From the NCBI RefSeq assembly GCF_036971445.1, contig NC_091471.1:234298001-234362000 (forward strand): DNA of 64,000 nucleotides, given 5' to 3'. Each line of letters opens with the position of its first letter. Position 1 is the first letter of the stretch. Positions 12,746 through 25,685 of this stretch are shown one piece after another. Made by a program: the position numbers and the translations under genes. The notes beneath the pieces were generated by a model. The model saw only the letters and a list, made by a program, of their open reading frames with translations. It ran no database searches and was not told the DNA's origin. This stretch comes from Narcine bancroftii (lineage: Eukaryota).

Positions 12746-12863
12746 CTGAGTCTCCTGCCCCTGCTCTGGTCCCGGGAAGAACAAACCCCCCCCTCCCCCC
12801 CCCCCCCCGCCATCCATGGATACCATCAAACAGCTCCGGGACCCCAGTCTGAAAGGGACTACT

Positions 12864-12896
<33 letters not shown>

Positions 12897-13754
12897 ACAC
12901 ACACACACACACGAGCTGTGGCATTGAAGAGAAATGCCGACAGGCAGACAGGTGGAGGGTGAAGTGACAGGCATAGGTCAACGTGTCAAGCTGTGGTAAT
13001 GTTCAGAACTGACCAGATGGGTGAAGGGTCTGTTTGTCTGCCGTGGTGGTCCCGGGGTTATTGGAGTTCTTTTCCAAAAAAGGTGGTCAAGGAAAGCATT
13101 TTCTAAAGCTCCAAATGGCCGTACACTTCATCACAACTAAAGTATTAAAAACAGTGGAATATACCGCAAAGTCCTTGGCCCAGAGTCAGGGAAGAGGTAT
13201 CCAGAAGACACAAGTTTAAGTTGATGGGAGTGGGGAGCGATAACAGTTTTATACAGAGGATGGTGGGTGTGTGGAATGGGCTGTAGGAGAAGGGAGTAGA
13301 GGCAGGGACATCTGTGAGGTATCTTTGCACCTCTACAAATCTCTGGTGCACTGTGGAGCACTGCATTCAGTTCTGGTCACCTCATTACAGGAAGGATGGG
13401 AAAGCTCTGGAGAGGGGACAGAGGAGATTCACCAGGACGTTGCCTGGATTGGGAAACAAGTCTCATGAGGAAAGGTTGGCAGAGCTGGGACTTTTCTCTT
13501 TGGAGCGTAAAAGAATGAGAAGAGACTTGACAGAGATCGACAAGATTCTGAGAGGCAGAGACAGGGTGGACACCCAGCGCCTGTTTCCCAGGCGGGATCA
13601 ACCAACGCCAGAGGATGTCTGTACAAAGTGAAGGGAGGGAAGTTCAGGGGAAACGTCAGGGGTACATTTTTCACACAGTGATTTGTGGGTGCATGAAGCA
13701 GGCTGTCAGAGGTGGTAGGTGAGGCAGAAGCTGTTGCTACATTGAAGAAAAAAA

Positions 13755-14230
13755 TTAGATGGATCCATAAGTAAGATAGGTTTAGAGGGATAGGCGGAGA
13801 TGGGACCAGTGTGGGTGGGACGGATCCATGGATAGGATGGGTTTAGAGGGGTAGAGGCAAGTGGGACCAGTGTGGGTGGGACGGATCCATGGATAAGATG
13901 GGTTTAAAGGGAAAGGGCAGATGGGATGTGTGGATGGGACAGATCCATGGATAGGATGGGTTTAGAGGGATAGGGGCAGGTGGGAACAGTGTGAGTGGGA
14001 CGGATCCATGGATAGGATGGGTTTAGAGAGGTATGGCCAGGTAGAAGTAGTGTAGGTGGGACAGATCCATGGATAGGATGGGTTTAGAGGGGTAGGAGCA
14101 GGTGGGAGCAGTGTGGATGAGACAGATCCATGGATAGGATGGGTTTAGAGGGATAGGGGCAGCTGAGACCAGTGTGGGTGCGACGGATCCATGGATAGGA
14201 CGGGTTTAGTATGATAAGGGCAGTTGGACC
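13755..14230. repeat. Minisatellite, about 61-bp unit, derived from a CR1 3' UTR
   Basis: ggatccatggataggatgggtttagagggataggggcaggtgggaccagtgtg repeated about 8 times, continuous with the upstream CR1. Confidence 0.85.
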
Positions 14231-14393
14231 TTTAGGGTCCAATCATAAAGAGAAGCTGTCCCAGCTCTTCTAACCTTGCCGCATAAGACTGGTTTTCCAA
14301 TTCAAGCAAAATCCTGGTAAATCCCCTCTGCACCCTCTCCAGAGCTTCCAAATCCTTTCTGCAATGAGGTGATGAGACCTTAAAGAGACGAAC

Positions 14394-14480
14394 CTTCCAT
14401 GGAAGAGCCCCAGTTCCGGGGGCCGATGAGGGAGGCCTCAGGTGCCGCATCAATGCAGCCATGACTCCAGCAGCCACCAT
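14394..14480 (-). CDS. ECSIT: ECSIT first coding exon (ATG at 14480; acceptor at 14493); N-terminus looks like a mitochondrial presequence
   Basis: (tc)n-tgcag acceptor, ATG 13 nt downstream, MVAAGVMAALMRHLRPPSSAPGTGALPWK|gttcgt in phase 0, matching the next exon; Arg-containing and free of acidic residues. Confidence 0.7.
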
Positions 14481-16524
14481 CGACCTTTGTCAGCTGCAGA
14501 GAGAGAGAGAGAGAGAGAGAGAGGTTGAAACAGAAGGGAAGGTCAGGACGCGGCTGTGGGACACAGAGAGGCTGCTCAGTCCCTCAGGGTCTATCCCTCC
14601 CATAAACTCCCATAAAATCCCCTTGGTTCTCCCCACCCCGAATATCCAGAAGGAACAATCAAACTGCACCTTAACACATTCAGTGGGGCAGTATCCACTG
14701 CTTCCTGAGACAGAGATTTAGAACATAGAACACTGCAGCACAGTAAAGGCCCTTCGGCCATCAATGTTGTGCCGACCCATATATTTTCAGTGACCAGTGG
14801 AGGGCTGCAGGGATCTGATCTGGGACCCCCTTGCTCTTTGTGATTTTTATAAATGACCTGGATGAAGACGCGGAAGGATGGGTCAGTAAGTTTGAGGATG
14901 ACACAAAGGTTGGAGAAGCTGTGGTTGGAGCTGAAGGTTGTCATAGGTTACAACAGGATAAAGGCAGGGTGCAGAGTTGGGTAGAGAAGTGGCAGATGGA
15001 GTTCAATCCAGTTAAGTTTGAGGAAGGACAAACCAGACGGCTGAGTCCAGGGTTCATGGTAGGTTACTTAAGGATGTGAATGAACAGAGGGACCTTGGGG
15101 TCCAAATCCATACATCCCTCAAGGTCACTGCACAGGTTGATAGAGTAGATAAGGCTGATGGGATGCTGGGCTTCATTAATAGGGGGATTGAGTTCAGGTG
15201 TAAAGAGGTTGTGTTACAATTCTACAAATCTCTGGTGAGACAACACTTAAGAGTATTGTGTACAGTTCTGGTCACCTCATTACAGGAAGGATGTGGAAGC
15301 TCTGGAGAGGGGTCAGAGGAGATGGACCAGGATGTTACCTGGATCAGAAAATAAGACATGGTTATGGGACTTTTTGGAGTGTAGAAGGATGAGAGGAGAC
15401 TTGATAGAGGTCAACAAGATTCTGAGAGTCAGAGACAGGGTGGACAGCCATCGCCTGTTTTCCAGGGCAGGAATAGCAAACTCCAGAGGATGTCTGTTCA
15501 AAGTTAAGGGAGGGAAGTTTAGGGGTAAGTGTTTTTACACAGAGAGATGTGGGGGCCTGGAATACCTCGCCTGGGGTTCTGGTGGAGACTGGAACATTGG
15601 GGGAATTTAAGAGACTCTTAGACAGACACATGGATGGAAGGAGAGGGTTATGGGGTAGGGAGGGTTTAGTACTTTTTTTAAAGGAATACATGGTCCGACA
15701 TCGAGGGCTGAAGGGTCTGTACTGGGCTCTTCTAAGGCAAGTTTTTAAAGTAGACACACAGCATGGTAACAGGCCGCTTTCCAGTCCATCAGCCCGTGCC
15801 ACCCAAATGCACCTAATTAACCGACAACCTCCAGAGGGTACTGGGGGGAAATAAACCCAGAGGAAACCCATGAAGACACGTGGAGAATGTTCAAACTCTT
15901 TACAGAGAGCGCGGGACGCCAACCCTGGCCCACTGGCGCTGTCATAGCCTCTCGTGACACTGTGTATGAGAGAGATGCGATAAAGGCAGGGAGTTTGGGC
16001 CAGGAGTCCACCTGGAGGTCGGTGGCCAGGAGGGTTCCACAGGTCTTCATGATTTTTTTTTATCATTGGCCTGGATGAGGATGTAGAGGGATGGGTCAGT
16101 AAGTTTGTGGATGATAGGACGGTTCGGAAGTGTTGAATCAATGTAGCAGGCATGCTGCCGCAAAACAACAAATTTCAGGACAATAAAATCCGATCCTGAT
16201 TAATTCCCCCGGAATATTGTAAAGTCTAATATAATTGCGTCGGAAACACAGAGAACAGGGAAATCCAGAGCTCAGGACAGTCCATTCAGCCCATTGGGTT
16301 GTGCTGGCCCATTGACTGGATGCCCAGAGCTAAGGGACTCTCCTCAGAGGGTGATCCTCCAGCTCATCGGACCCCTCCACCTTCCAAAGTCAGTCGGTCT
16401 GCCGTGGGGTGGACCCAGGGGAGCCGTAGCGCTGCTCCAGCCAATCCATGGTGAGTGCATCATGGATAACTGACCCCACCAGGTACATAGGACGATTCCA
16501 CTGGGGTCCGTCATGGATAACCAT

Positions 16525-16782
16525 TGTGACAGAGTATATAGATTTGTTTTTTGGGAGATAAATTGGGAAAGGTTTGTTAGAGTAGGTTGCATGCAAACAC
16601 TTTAAAACAGATCTTATTTGAAATACTGGAGTTCTGCCCCATGCTAGACATTGCAGGGCCACAGAGCTTTTGCAAGAGCTTTGAAGAGTCCCCAAGAGAC
16701 TTCACTAATGGATTGTTGTTTACAAAAGGCAATAGATGGAAGAACTTGTTGGAGCCGCTACAAGCAGAGACAGTCTAACAGG

Positions 16783-16836
<54 letters not shown>

Positions 16837-17512
16837 CAGAGATCACTTGTACAGTGTTACAGCCAACAGAAGCTGGGACTGGCACAGGACAAGCTGGCAA
16901 GCTTATGGAAAGCCCATTTGTAAGACAGCTTGGTCAAAGCCCTTGTGGTTCATGCAAGAGGAGAGGACTAGCTGTCTAATATTTCACTTGGAATAAGGGA
17001 AACAAAAAGGAATTCTGTGGTGACCTGAAAGAAAGAGGTTATCATCTGGAGAACCATGAGGAGGCAAGTTTCGTCAGCAAGACACTGAAGTGGCTGATGG
17101 AAGTACATCAGTTGTGGGTGTCCAGTGTACAACAAATCTCTCTCTGAAAACTGACAAGAACCTTCCTGAGTGGTTACCATTTACCTTTCAAGCATCAAAG
17201 CCTGGTGAACTTTATAAATGTTAAATTCTGTGCACTGTATAAAAATTGCCTGCAACCAGTGAACTTGGAGGAATGAGAAGTGAGATTGGACTGTGAATCA
17301 AAAAACTTTTCAAACTTACATACACATTACACACCAGTGCACTTAGAATTAATAGAGGGTTAAGTTAGGTTAAGTAAGTTAATAGAGACAAGTTAAAGTT
17401 TGACTCCATTTTCATGTTTAAAGATAATTAAAAGCAACTTTTGTTAAAGTAACCATTTGTCTTGGTGAATATCTATTGCTGCTGAGTTTTGGGGTCCTCT
17501 AGGCTCATAACA
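16525..17512 (+). mobile_element. Solo LTR (988 bp) inserted into a minisatellite in ECSIT intron 1
   Basis: TG...CA termini, TSD ACCAT on both sides, related copies elsewhere in the window; orientation is arbitrary. Confidence 0.8.
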
Positions 17513-18070
17513 ACCATCATCCCAGTCCCACTGAGGTGCATCATGGTTAAGTCTTCCCCCTAGTTACACAGGACGATCCCACGGAGGTGCATCACGATTA
17601 ATTGTCCTCCACAGTTACACTGAGTGATCGCACCGCTGTCCATCACAAACAACCCTCCCTCCAGGTCCCATAGAGGTATGTCACAGATAACCGTCCCACC
17701 TGGTTACACAAGACGATCCCACTGCGGTCTGTCATGGATAATTGTCCCTGCCCTGCCAGTCCCACAGAGGTATGTAACAGACAACCATTCCCCTCCACCC
17801 CAACGGTTACACAGGACGATCCCACTTGGATCCATCATGGTTAACAATCTCCCCACGATTACACAGGACGGTCCCAAAGTGGTACGTCATGGATAACCGT
17901 TTCCTCACCCCCACCACAGTTACACAAACCGATCCCACTAGGGTCCATCACCCATAACCGTCCCCCATGGTTACACAGGTCGATCCCACTGGGGTCCGTC
18001 ACCGATAACCGTCCCCCACAGTTACACAGGACGATCCCACCGCGGTCCGTCATCGATAACTGCCCCCACC
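17513..18070. repeat. Minisatellite, about 50-bp unit, next to the putative ECSIT exon 1 donor (also 16450-16524)
   Basis: gttacacaggacgatcccactggggtccgtcatggataaccgtccccc repeats. Confidence 0.85.
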
Positions 18071-18073
18071 GAC

Positions 18074-18210
18074 CTTCTCCGCGTCCTCCTGCGCGCCGGT
18101 CCGTCCGTCAAACCCGTCCCCTCCTTCTCCAGAGTCCTGACTGGCCGGCGGTGCGGTCCTCCGTCGCTAGCTCTCCCCTTCATGGAGCGCGTGGCCCCTC
18201 GCACATAGTT
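18074..18210 (-). promoter_or_regulatory. ECSIT: Putative ECSIT CpG-rich promoter and non-coding exon 1
   Basis: Local CpG cluster (gcgcgccggtccgtccgtc, ggccggcggtgcgg) ending in the donor-like GAAG|gtcggt at 18074/18073; the start position is approximate. Confidence 0.5.
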
Positions 18211-18877
18211 CCGATAGCAGAAAGGTTCTTACTCCAATTTATTGTCACAAGAATTCCCCCTTTGCTAAAATAATAAACTACTGCAATAGTATTAAATCAA
18301 ATTGAAAGGACATCTTTAATAAACTACTGCAACAGAGGATATTAAATCAAATTGACATCAGTACAAGGTGAGGGGAGGAAAGTTGAGGCTGGACATCAGG
18401 GGTGAAAGAGAGTGGTGGGTGCCTGGATTGCCTTGCCAGGGGTGGTGGTGGAGGCTGTTGCAATAGGGGACATTTAAAAAACATTTAGGCAGGCACACAT
18501 CTAAAATGGAAGGTTGTGGGCGTGGAGTGGATCAGAACAACCCTGTGGGCCGAAGGGCCTGTACTGTGCTGGAATAGGCCAACAAACCTCGTCTTTAGTC
18601 AGGAAGGTGCAGCAGTGCCTACACTTCCTGAGGAGGTTGAGGAGGGCAAGGCTTCTGGCCTTCTTGACAACATCTCACAGGGGCACAATTAAGAGCGCCC
18701 TGTCCATCTGTTGTGGTGGAACACTGTAGTACAGGCTTTGTACTGGTAGGCCCAACCCTGATTCTGCCAGCCTTCACCCTCACGGTCCCTAATATCACCC
18801 AATCCCCTCCTTCAGTACTGCCTTGGAATCGGGCCAACAGCATGTCAGTTTATAGTAATTAAGTTGTAGCACTATCA

Positions 18878-21743
18878 CAAACAAATTATATATATTACCC
18901 AACAGAGATCAATGAAAACTTTAAGGAATTCTACAAGCAATTATACCGAACTGAGAACGAAGGGAAAGAAGACAAAATAGATGAGTTTCTAGCTAAAATT
19001 GAACTACCGAAATTGCAAGAAGAGGAGGAAAACAAATTGATAAAACCATTTGAAATAGATGAAATACAGGATATATTGAAAAAGCTACTGAACAATAAAA
19101 TGCCTGGAGAGGACGGACTTCCAATAGACTTCTATAAAACATTTAAAGAAATACTAATTCCTCCTCTCCTGGAAGTAATGAACCAGATAGAAGAAACACA
19201 AAACTTGCCAGATTCATGTAAAACAGCAATAATTACAGTAATACTAAAGACAGGGAAAGATCCACTAACACCAGCATCATATAGACCAATTTCTCGACTT
19301 AACTCAGATTATAAGATAATAGGAAAACTATTAGCAAACAGATTGGCTGACTGTGTACAAAAAATAGTAAAACTAGATCAAACTGGAATTATTAAGAAAA
19401 GACAAACAACGGACAATGTCTATAAGTTCATTAACTTAATCCATGCAGTACAAGGAAATAAGATGCCAACAGTGGCTGTATATTTAGACGCAGAGAAAGG
19501 CTTTGACAGGGTAGAATGGAATTATTTATTCAAAGTATTACAGAGGTTCAACCTACCAGAGAAATATATTAATTGGATTAATGCATTATATAAGGGACCA
19601 ATGGCGAAGGTAACAGTAAATGGATATATATCGAACCAATTTAAATTAAGCAGGTCAACTAGGCAAGGATGTCCACTATCTCACTCACTGTTCACTTTAG
19701 CAATAGAACCATTGGCAGAACTGATAAGAACAGAAAATAAAATAAAAGGGATAAAAATAAAAGAGAAGAAATATAAAATCAGTCTATTACAGATGACAGA
19801 ACCAGAATTATCAATAAAAGAAGTACATAAAAAATTGAAGGAATATGGAGAAATATCGGGGTACAAGATCAACGCAAATAAAAGTGAAGCGATGCCAATG
19901 AATAATGTGGATTACACAAAGTTTAAAAAAGAATCACCATTTAAATGGCAAACACAAGCAATCCAATACCTAGGTATTAGACTAGACAATAATGTAGGCC
20001 ATCTATACAAATTAAATTATCAGCCATTAATGAAGAAATTGCAGGATGACTTAGAACATTGGAAAGAATTGCCACTAACATTGATAGGGAAGGTAAATTG
20101 CATTAAAATGAATATCTTCCCAAGGATACAATACCTATTTCAATCGTTACCAATTCCCTTAACAGAGAAATCTTTCAATGAACTAAAGAGAATAATAAGG
20201 AAATTCTTATGGAAAGTGGGGAAACCGAGGATAGCACTAGATACATTGACAGAATGGTACAAACAAGGTGGTTTGCAGCTACCAAACTTTAAAAATTATT
20301 ATAGAGCAGCACAATTAAGATATCCATCAGATTTTTATCAAACAAGGGAAAAACGAGATTGGACCTAGATAGAGCTAGATCAAATAGGGGAGAAGGTACC
20401 AGAAAATATACTTTATAAGTGGGATGAAAAGCTGATACGACATAAAAATTCACCAATACTGCACCATTTACTCAACATTTGAAAGAAGATTCACGTAGAA
20501 AGGAAAAAAACAAATTACCAACTACCAAAATTATTATTGACGCAAAATCAACTACTCCCTTTCACAATAGATAACCTTTCCTTTAGAGAATGGGAGAGAA
20601 AAGGAATTAAAAGAATAGAAAATTGTTTTTGGGAAATAATTTATTATTATTTGAACAAATGAAGTACAAATATGGAATAACTCATGGTACAATGTTTGCA
20701 TATCATCAACTGAAAACCTACTTAAAGGACAAATTGGGAAACAGACTGAGATTACCAGAAGGAAGCAGCTTTGAATATATGATTACAGACACAATGATAA
20801 TTAAAAGATTTATAACAAACATGTACATCAAGCTGCGAGAGAAAGAGAATGATGAAATAAGCTATAAACCCAAACAAAAGTGGGAACAAGATCTAAACAT
20901 AAAGATAAAAAATGAAATATGGGAAAAGTTATGCTCCGGAACTATGAGAGATATAATAAATACAAGGTTATGCATGATACAATATAATTGGTTACACAGG
21001 TTATATACCACGCCCCAAAAGTTAAATAAATGGGATCCAACATTATCAGATAGATGTTTTTGCTGTAAGAAGGAAACGGGAACAACAGTACATTCAATTT
21101 GTGCTTGTGAGAAAGTGAAAAAGTTTTTGGAAGATCTAAATTAGGTATTAATTAAAATCACAAAAAGCAACATACATAAAAATCCAGAGATCTTTCTTCT
21201 AAGTAATATAAGAAGTAAAGAATTAGCCCTCAAACTGGATGAAGTGCAAAAAAGATTTATTATGATAGCCTTAGCTATAGCAAAAAAATGTATTATGTCA
21301 ACATGGAAATCAGAAGATAGCCTGAGAATACAGCAATGGTACATGGAAATGAATAAATGTATTCCAATGGAAAAAATAACATATAATTAAAGTAACATTA
21401 TTTGAACAAATTTGCAAACCATACATGGAACACAACAGAGAGGGCTTACCATGGACCTCCACCCCCTAAAATGATAGAATGAGAAGAAGACGAAATGAAC
21501 TGATCCAGTGTAGAAAAGTAGATGACACAATTTTCTTGTTTCTTTTCATTGTGTGATGACATTTGTTTAACAGGTTTATTGCATTATATATGTTGAATGT
21601 TTAATGGGTTTGGAGGGGGGTGGGAAGGAGGGAGGGTGGAAAAAAGGGGAGAAAATAACACAGTGTATATTCAAGAGGGAAATGTGTGTGTGTATTTTGA
21701 TTAATATGGTTTATAGTGTGAAAAATTTAAGAATTTTTTTTTA
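18878..21743 (+). mobile_element. 5'-truncated L1 (RT and C-terminus), decayed
   Basis: TSD AAGTTGTAGCACTATCA (18861-18877 and 21744-21760); ORF 19013-20368 carries YRPIS, DAEKGFD and RQGCPLS; the FADD region is deleted. Confidence 0.93.
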
Positions 21744-22184
21744 AAGTTGTAGCACTATCAATGAGACCAAACAGACCAGACGTCAAGATTAATGGGCTTT
21801 AATCACTATAAACTTACAAGCATCTCTTACCCGATTCCAAGGCAGTAGTGAGGGAGGGGGATTTGGCACTACTGCCTGTAGCTCAGACAGTGACCATGCA
21901 CAGACACAAAGCACATGGCCAAAGGTTTCAATCTCTTGAAACCCCAGTGTACAACTACATGCCCCTGGCCCAGATCCAAGGCTGGTACTGAGGGAGGAGA
22001 TGAAGGATCTCCGATTTTATTGGGAAACCATGGGGAGGAGTTACCAGTTGGGAGGTGGGCCAGCCTGAGCAGTCCAAAGAGGCCCCCCACCTGCATTACC
22101 ATGTTGCACCACACCACCTTTATTAGGAATCCTGAGGGGTGGGTGGAGTTATAGTCTCAGGGGCAGGCCAACCTGTACAAAGTG

Positions 22185-22620
22185 GCCCCTGTTAAACTGC
22201 AGCCCCTGGGTCGCCCTCCTGGGACCCGGGTGCGATTACTGGGGGAAAGGTGCTAGAAGCACCTTTCAAATCACGGGGGGGGATTGACCCATTAAATTGC
22301 CAGCCTGGCAATTTAAGGGGGATCCCACCCCTGCAATGACATGTCACGTACTCAGCAGAAGTACCGCCGGATGTTCGGATGGTGGCTGCCCCAGTGACAT
22401 GCACACACAAGCGCTGGCGTCACCAGAATAAGTGGGTCAGCCATTTTCCTGTTTGAATCACCCATGGATGCAACCTAGGTAAGTTTAACTGGGTTCCCTG
22501 ACCACCTCTGAGGTAGGTCAGGGACCTGGTTGGGTTCTGACAGGGTGGACCGGGTCAGACCCTTTCTAACTGGGGCATTGACTGGGAAAATAGCCTGGTT
22601 AGTCCCATTTTACATGGCAA
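22185..22620. mobile_element. Second copy of the same repeat, inverted
   Basis: For example cctaggtaagtttaactgggttccctgaccacctctgagg is the reverse complement of about 12507-12546. Confidence 0.7.
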
Positions 22621-22687
22621 TTGGAAAGTTCCATGACAGCTGCAGCACCATGTGGGACAGTAGCTGCACAACACCACAGCTGAAGTT

Positions 22688-22920
22688 GTGACAGATTATA
22701 TAGATATGTTTTTGGAAGATAAATTGGGGCAGGTTTTTTTAGTGTAGGTCACATACAAACACTTTAAAACAGATCTTATTTAAAATACTGAAGCTCTGCT
22801 CATGTGAGATAGGCTGGTGCTGAGAGCCTTTGCAAAAGCTTTGGAGAGTGCCCAAGAGACTTCACTAATGGATTGTTGTTTACAGAAAGGCAACAGCTGA
22901 AAGAACTCATCGGAGCCCCT
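22688..22920 (+). mobile_element. Partial copy of the same LTR family (5' portion)
   Basis: tgtgacagattatatagatatg...cccaagagacttcactaatggattgttgtttaca matches 16525-16760. Confidence 0.75.
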
Positions 22921-23307
22921 CCCTGTCGGCAGAGTGGAAGCTCTCCCTGTCCCCTCCCTCCCTCCCTTAACCCCCTCCACATTTAACACAGTAACACGTC
23001 ACATTCAAGGCACTCACAGCATGGGTGTGAAACAGAATTATGGAATAAAATAGATGATGAGATGGGAGGAAAGGGTTTAATTTCTCGTAAAACACCTTCA
23101 CATCAAAATAGACCTTCTCTTTTCTATCAATATTTGAGGTTTTGGATCAAATGGAGATGTAAAGAAGATTGTTTTGAAGCAGATGAATTTATTTCTTTTC
23201 AACGAATGAAAGGAAGATTTAATGCCCTGAATATAACTTTTTTTTGTTACTCTCAAGTTAAAGCTTTCTGATGTATAAGCCAGGTTGTAATTGGAGTTGA
23301 CCTAGGC

Positions 23308-23429
23308 CAATGGTTCTCAGCCTTTTTCTTTCCACTCACAGACCACTTTAAGTAATCCCTATGCCATCGGTGCTCTGTGATTAGTTAGGGTCATCTGTGA
23401 GTGGAAAGAAAAAAGTTTGAAAACCATTG
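23308..23429. mobile_element. hAT/Charlie-like MITE (palindromic)
   Basis: caatggttctcagcctttttctttccactcaca ... tgtgagtggaaagaaaaaagtttgaaaaccattg inverted repeat with Charlie-type CAxTGGTTCTCA ends. Confidence 0.7.
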
Positions 23430-24005
23430 TTTCAATTGCCCCTCATTGACTCATAATGTGCACCATTTCAGAACTCCAAAGGAAATGGGCCAATGACCAT
23501 TTTTCTCAAGTCAAATATTTCAGTCACAATTGGTTCTAGAGCAGTGATTCTCACCTTAAATAATCACTGTGGCATCGGTGGTCTGTGAGCGGGAAGAGAT
23601 GCAGAGTCAGAAGGAGTCCTCAACAATTTTGCACTCCCTTGCCAGACAACTATCCCGGACGATCATGTTGATGGGGGGGGGGGGAGGGGGAGGGAAACTC
23701 AAGTTGCCTTCTCTCTTATGGTCCTGTGGATTGATCTTTGATCCATTTCTCTGCAGCTACTCTACTGCACTGTGATGCAGCTGGCCATATAGCTCCTGTA
23801 GAAGGTGGATATGATGCTGACCAGTAGCCTTGCCCGCCTCAGTCTTCCCAGGAAGTGCAGTCGCTGTTGGGCCTTCCTGACCAGTGAGGAGATGTTGAGT
23901 GCATCCACAATAGGTAGTTAGTTAAGTGAAAGCCAAGGAAGTTAGTGCTCTCCACTCTCTGTACAACTCTCTTATTGATGTGTGGTGGAGGGTGGATATT
24001 CCTGG

Positions 24006-25067
24006 TGTTATGAGCCCATAGGACCCCAAAATCCAGCAGCAATAGATATTCACCACGACAAATGGTTATTTAAACAGAAGTTATTTTTAATTAATTTTAA
24101 ACATGAAAATCGAATCAAACTTTAACTTATCTCTATACTTAACTAACCCAAATTAACCCCCTTCTAATTCTAAGCGCACGTGTATAATGTGTGTGTAAAT
24201 TTAAGAAAAGTTCTTTGGTTCACAGTCCAATCTCACTTCTCTTTCTTCCAAATTCTCTGGTTGCAGGCAATTCTTATACTGTGCACAGAATTTAATATGT
24301 ATAAAGTTCACCAGGCTTTGGTGCTCAAAAGGTAAATGTTTACTGCTGAGGAAGGTTCTTGTAGGGTTTGCAGAGAGAGATATGTTGTTCCAGGATTTCC
24401 ACAACTGAGGTACCACCATTAGTCACTTCAAGGTCTTGCTGATGAAACCTGCCCCATCAGGGTTCTCCAGATGATAACCTCTTTCTTTCAGGTTACCAGA
24501 GTTCCTTTCTGTTCCACTTATTCCAAGAGAACCATTAGACAGATAGCACTTCCAGCCATCTGCCACTCTGGAGCTTTCTGTTTCAAACCAGCTTCTTGGC
24601 TTGCACTGTTCAGCTGCTTTCAGTGTCACACTGAGAGATCTTGTTGAACTTATCTTCTCTCTCTCTCTCACTCCAACTGAGTTTTCGAAAGCCCATGTGA
24701 CTCTCTCACTTGCAAAAACTCCCACCTTCTTCAGTGAACCACAGGAGTTCTCTCTTGGTCAAGCTGTTGTCTTAGATAAACAAAACGCAGGAGTGACCTT
24801 TCTGTGAGCAGTTTGCAGAAAGGTCAGAAGCCTTGTAGTTATTCAACCAGCCAGCCTGTCTCCAATTCCAAACAATGGTCTATTCATTTCATGACGTCAT
24901 TTTAATTAGCACCTACTCGTGAAATGTGCATAGCATTCTCCATAGTTTCTGTAAAGTCACTGAATATGAATTCTTCAGTCTTTCAAATAAGATCTGTTTT
25001 AAAATATGTGTATGAATGTAACCCACTCTAACTTTACCAAATTCCTCCCAATATTTATCTATAAACA
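24006..25067 (-). mobile_element. Solo LTR of the same family as 16525-17512, in the opposite orientation
   Basis: Reverse-complement similarity (e.g. tgttatgagcc...ggaccccaaaa, tcacagtccaatctcacttct); flanked by CTGG on both sides; splits a LINE fragment. Confidence 0.75.
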
Positions 25068-25254
25068 CTGGTCCTCCTGAAGTCCACAATCATCCCCTTT
25101 CCCTTGCCCAAATTGAGACTCAGATTGTTCATCTTGCACCATTCCTTGAGACTTCCCACCTCTTCTCTGCACTGCTACTCATTGTTTTTCCTGGTGACAG
25201 CATCTGAGCCGTGTCCACTTTAGAAAAGCAATCAGATGTGATAATTCTGTAGAA

Positions 25255-25432
25255 GCAGTTACCAACATTGGCTGTGTTAAGCATGATGTGACTGCGTTGT
25301 TCTGTGTGTGAGATAGTGTAAACAGTTACTGGTATCGGTCGTGTGAAGCCCAATGTGACTGGACTTGTACTGTGTGTGTGAGTGTAAACAGTTACTGGTA
25401 TCGATCATGTTAAGCCCAATGTGACTGGGTTG

Positions 25433-25489
<57 letters not shown>

Positions 25490-25685
25490 TGTAAACAGTT
25501 ACTGGTATCAGTCGTGTGAAGCCCAATGTGACTGGGCTTGTACTGTGTGTGTGAGAGTGTAAACAGTTACTGGTATTGATCATGTTAAGACCGATGTGAT
25601 TGGGTTGTACTGTGTGTGTGAGTGTGAACAGTTACTGGTATTGGTCGTGTTAAGCCTAATGTGACTGGGTTGTACTGCATGTGTT
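25255..25685. repeat. Minisatellite, about 65-bp unit with an embedded (GT)n
   Basis: gtaaacagttactggtatcg...agcccaatgtgactgggttgtact(gt)n repeated about 6 times. Confidence 0.85.

Larger units (their letters stand above)
13210..15730 (+). mobile_element. CR1 fragments on both sides of the ECSIT ATG exon
   Basis: FWSPHYRKD...QRRFTR and FINDLDEDAEGWVSKF motifs. Confidence 0.8.

Noticed and set aside
16349-16450. Plus-strand exon-like segment (cctcag|...CCATG|gtgagt) antisense within ECSIT intron 1
   Set aside because: The peptide is unrecognisable, no partner exons were found, and the donor overlaps the edge of a minisatellite
21747-22185. Possible Gypsy-type LTR remnants next to the L1 insertion
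   Set aside because: Boundaries and TSD could not be established from the sequence alone
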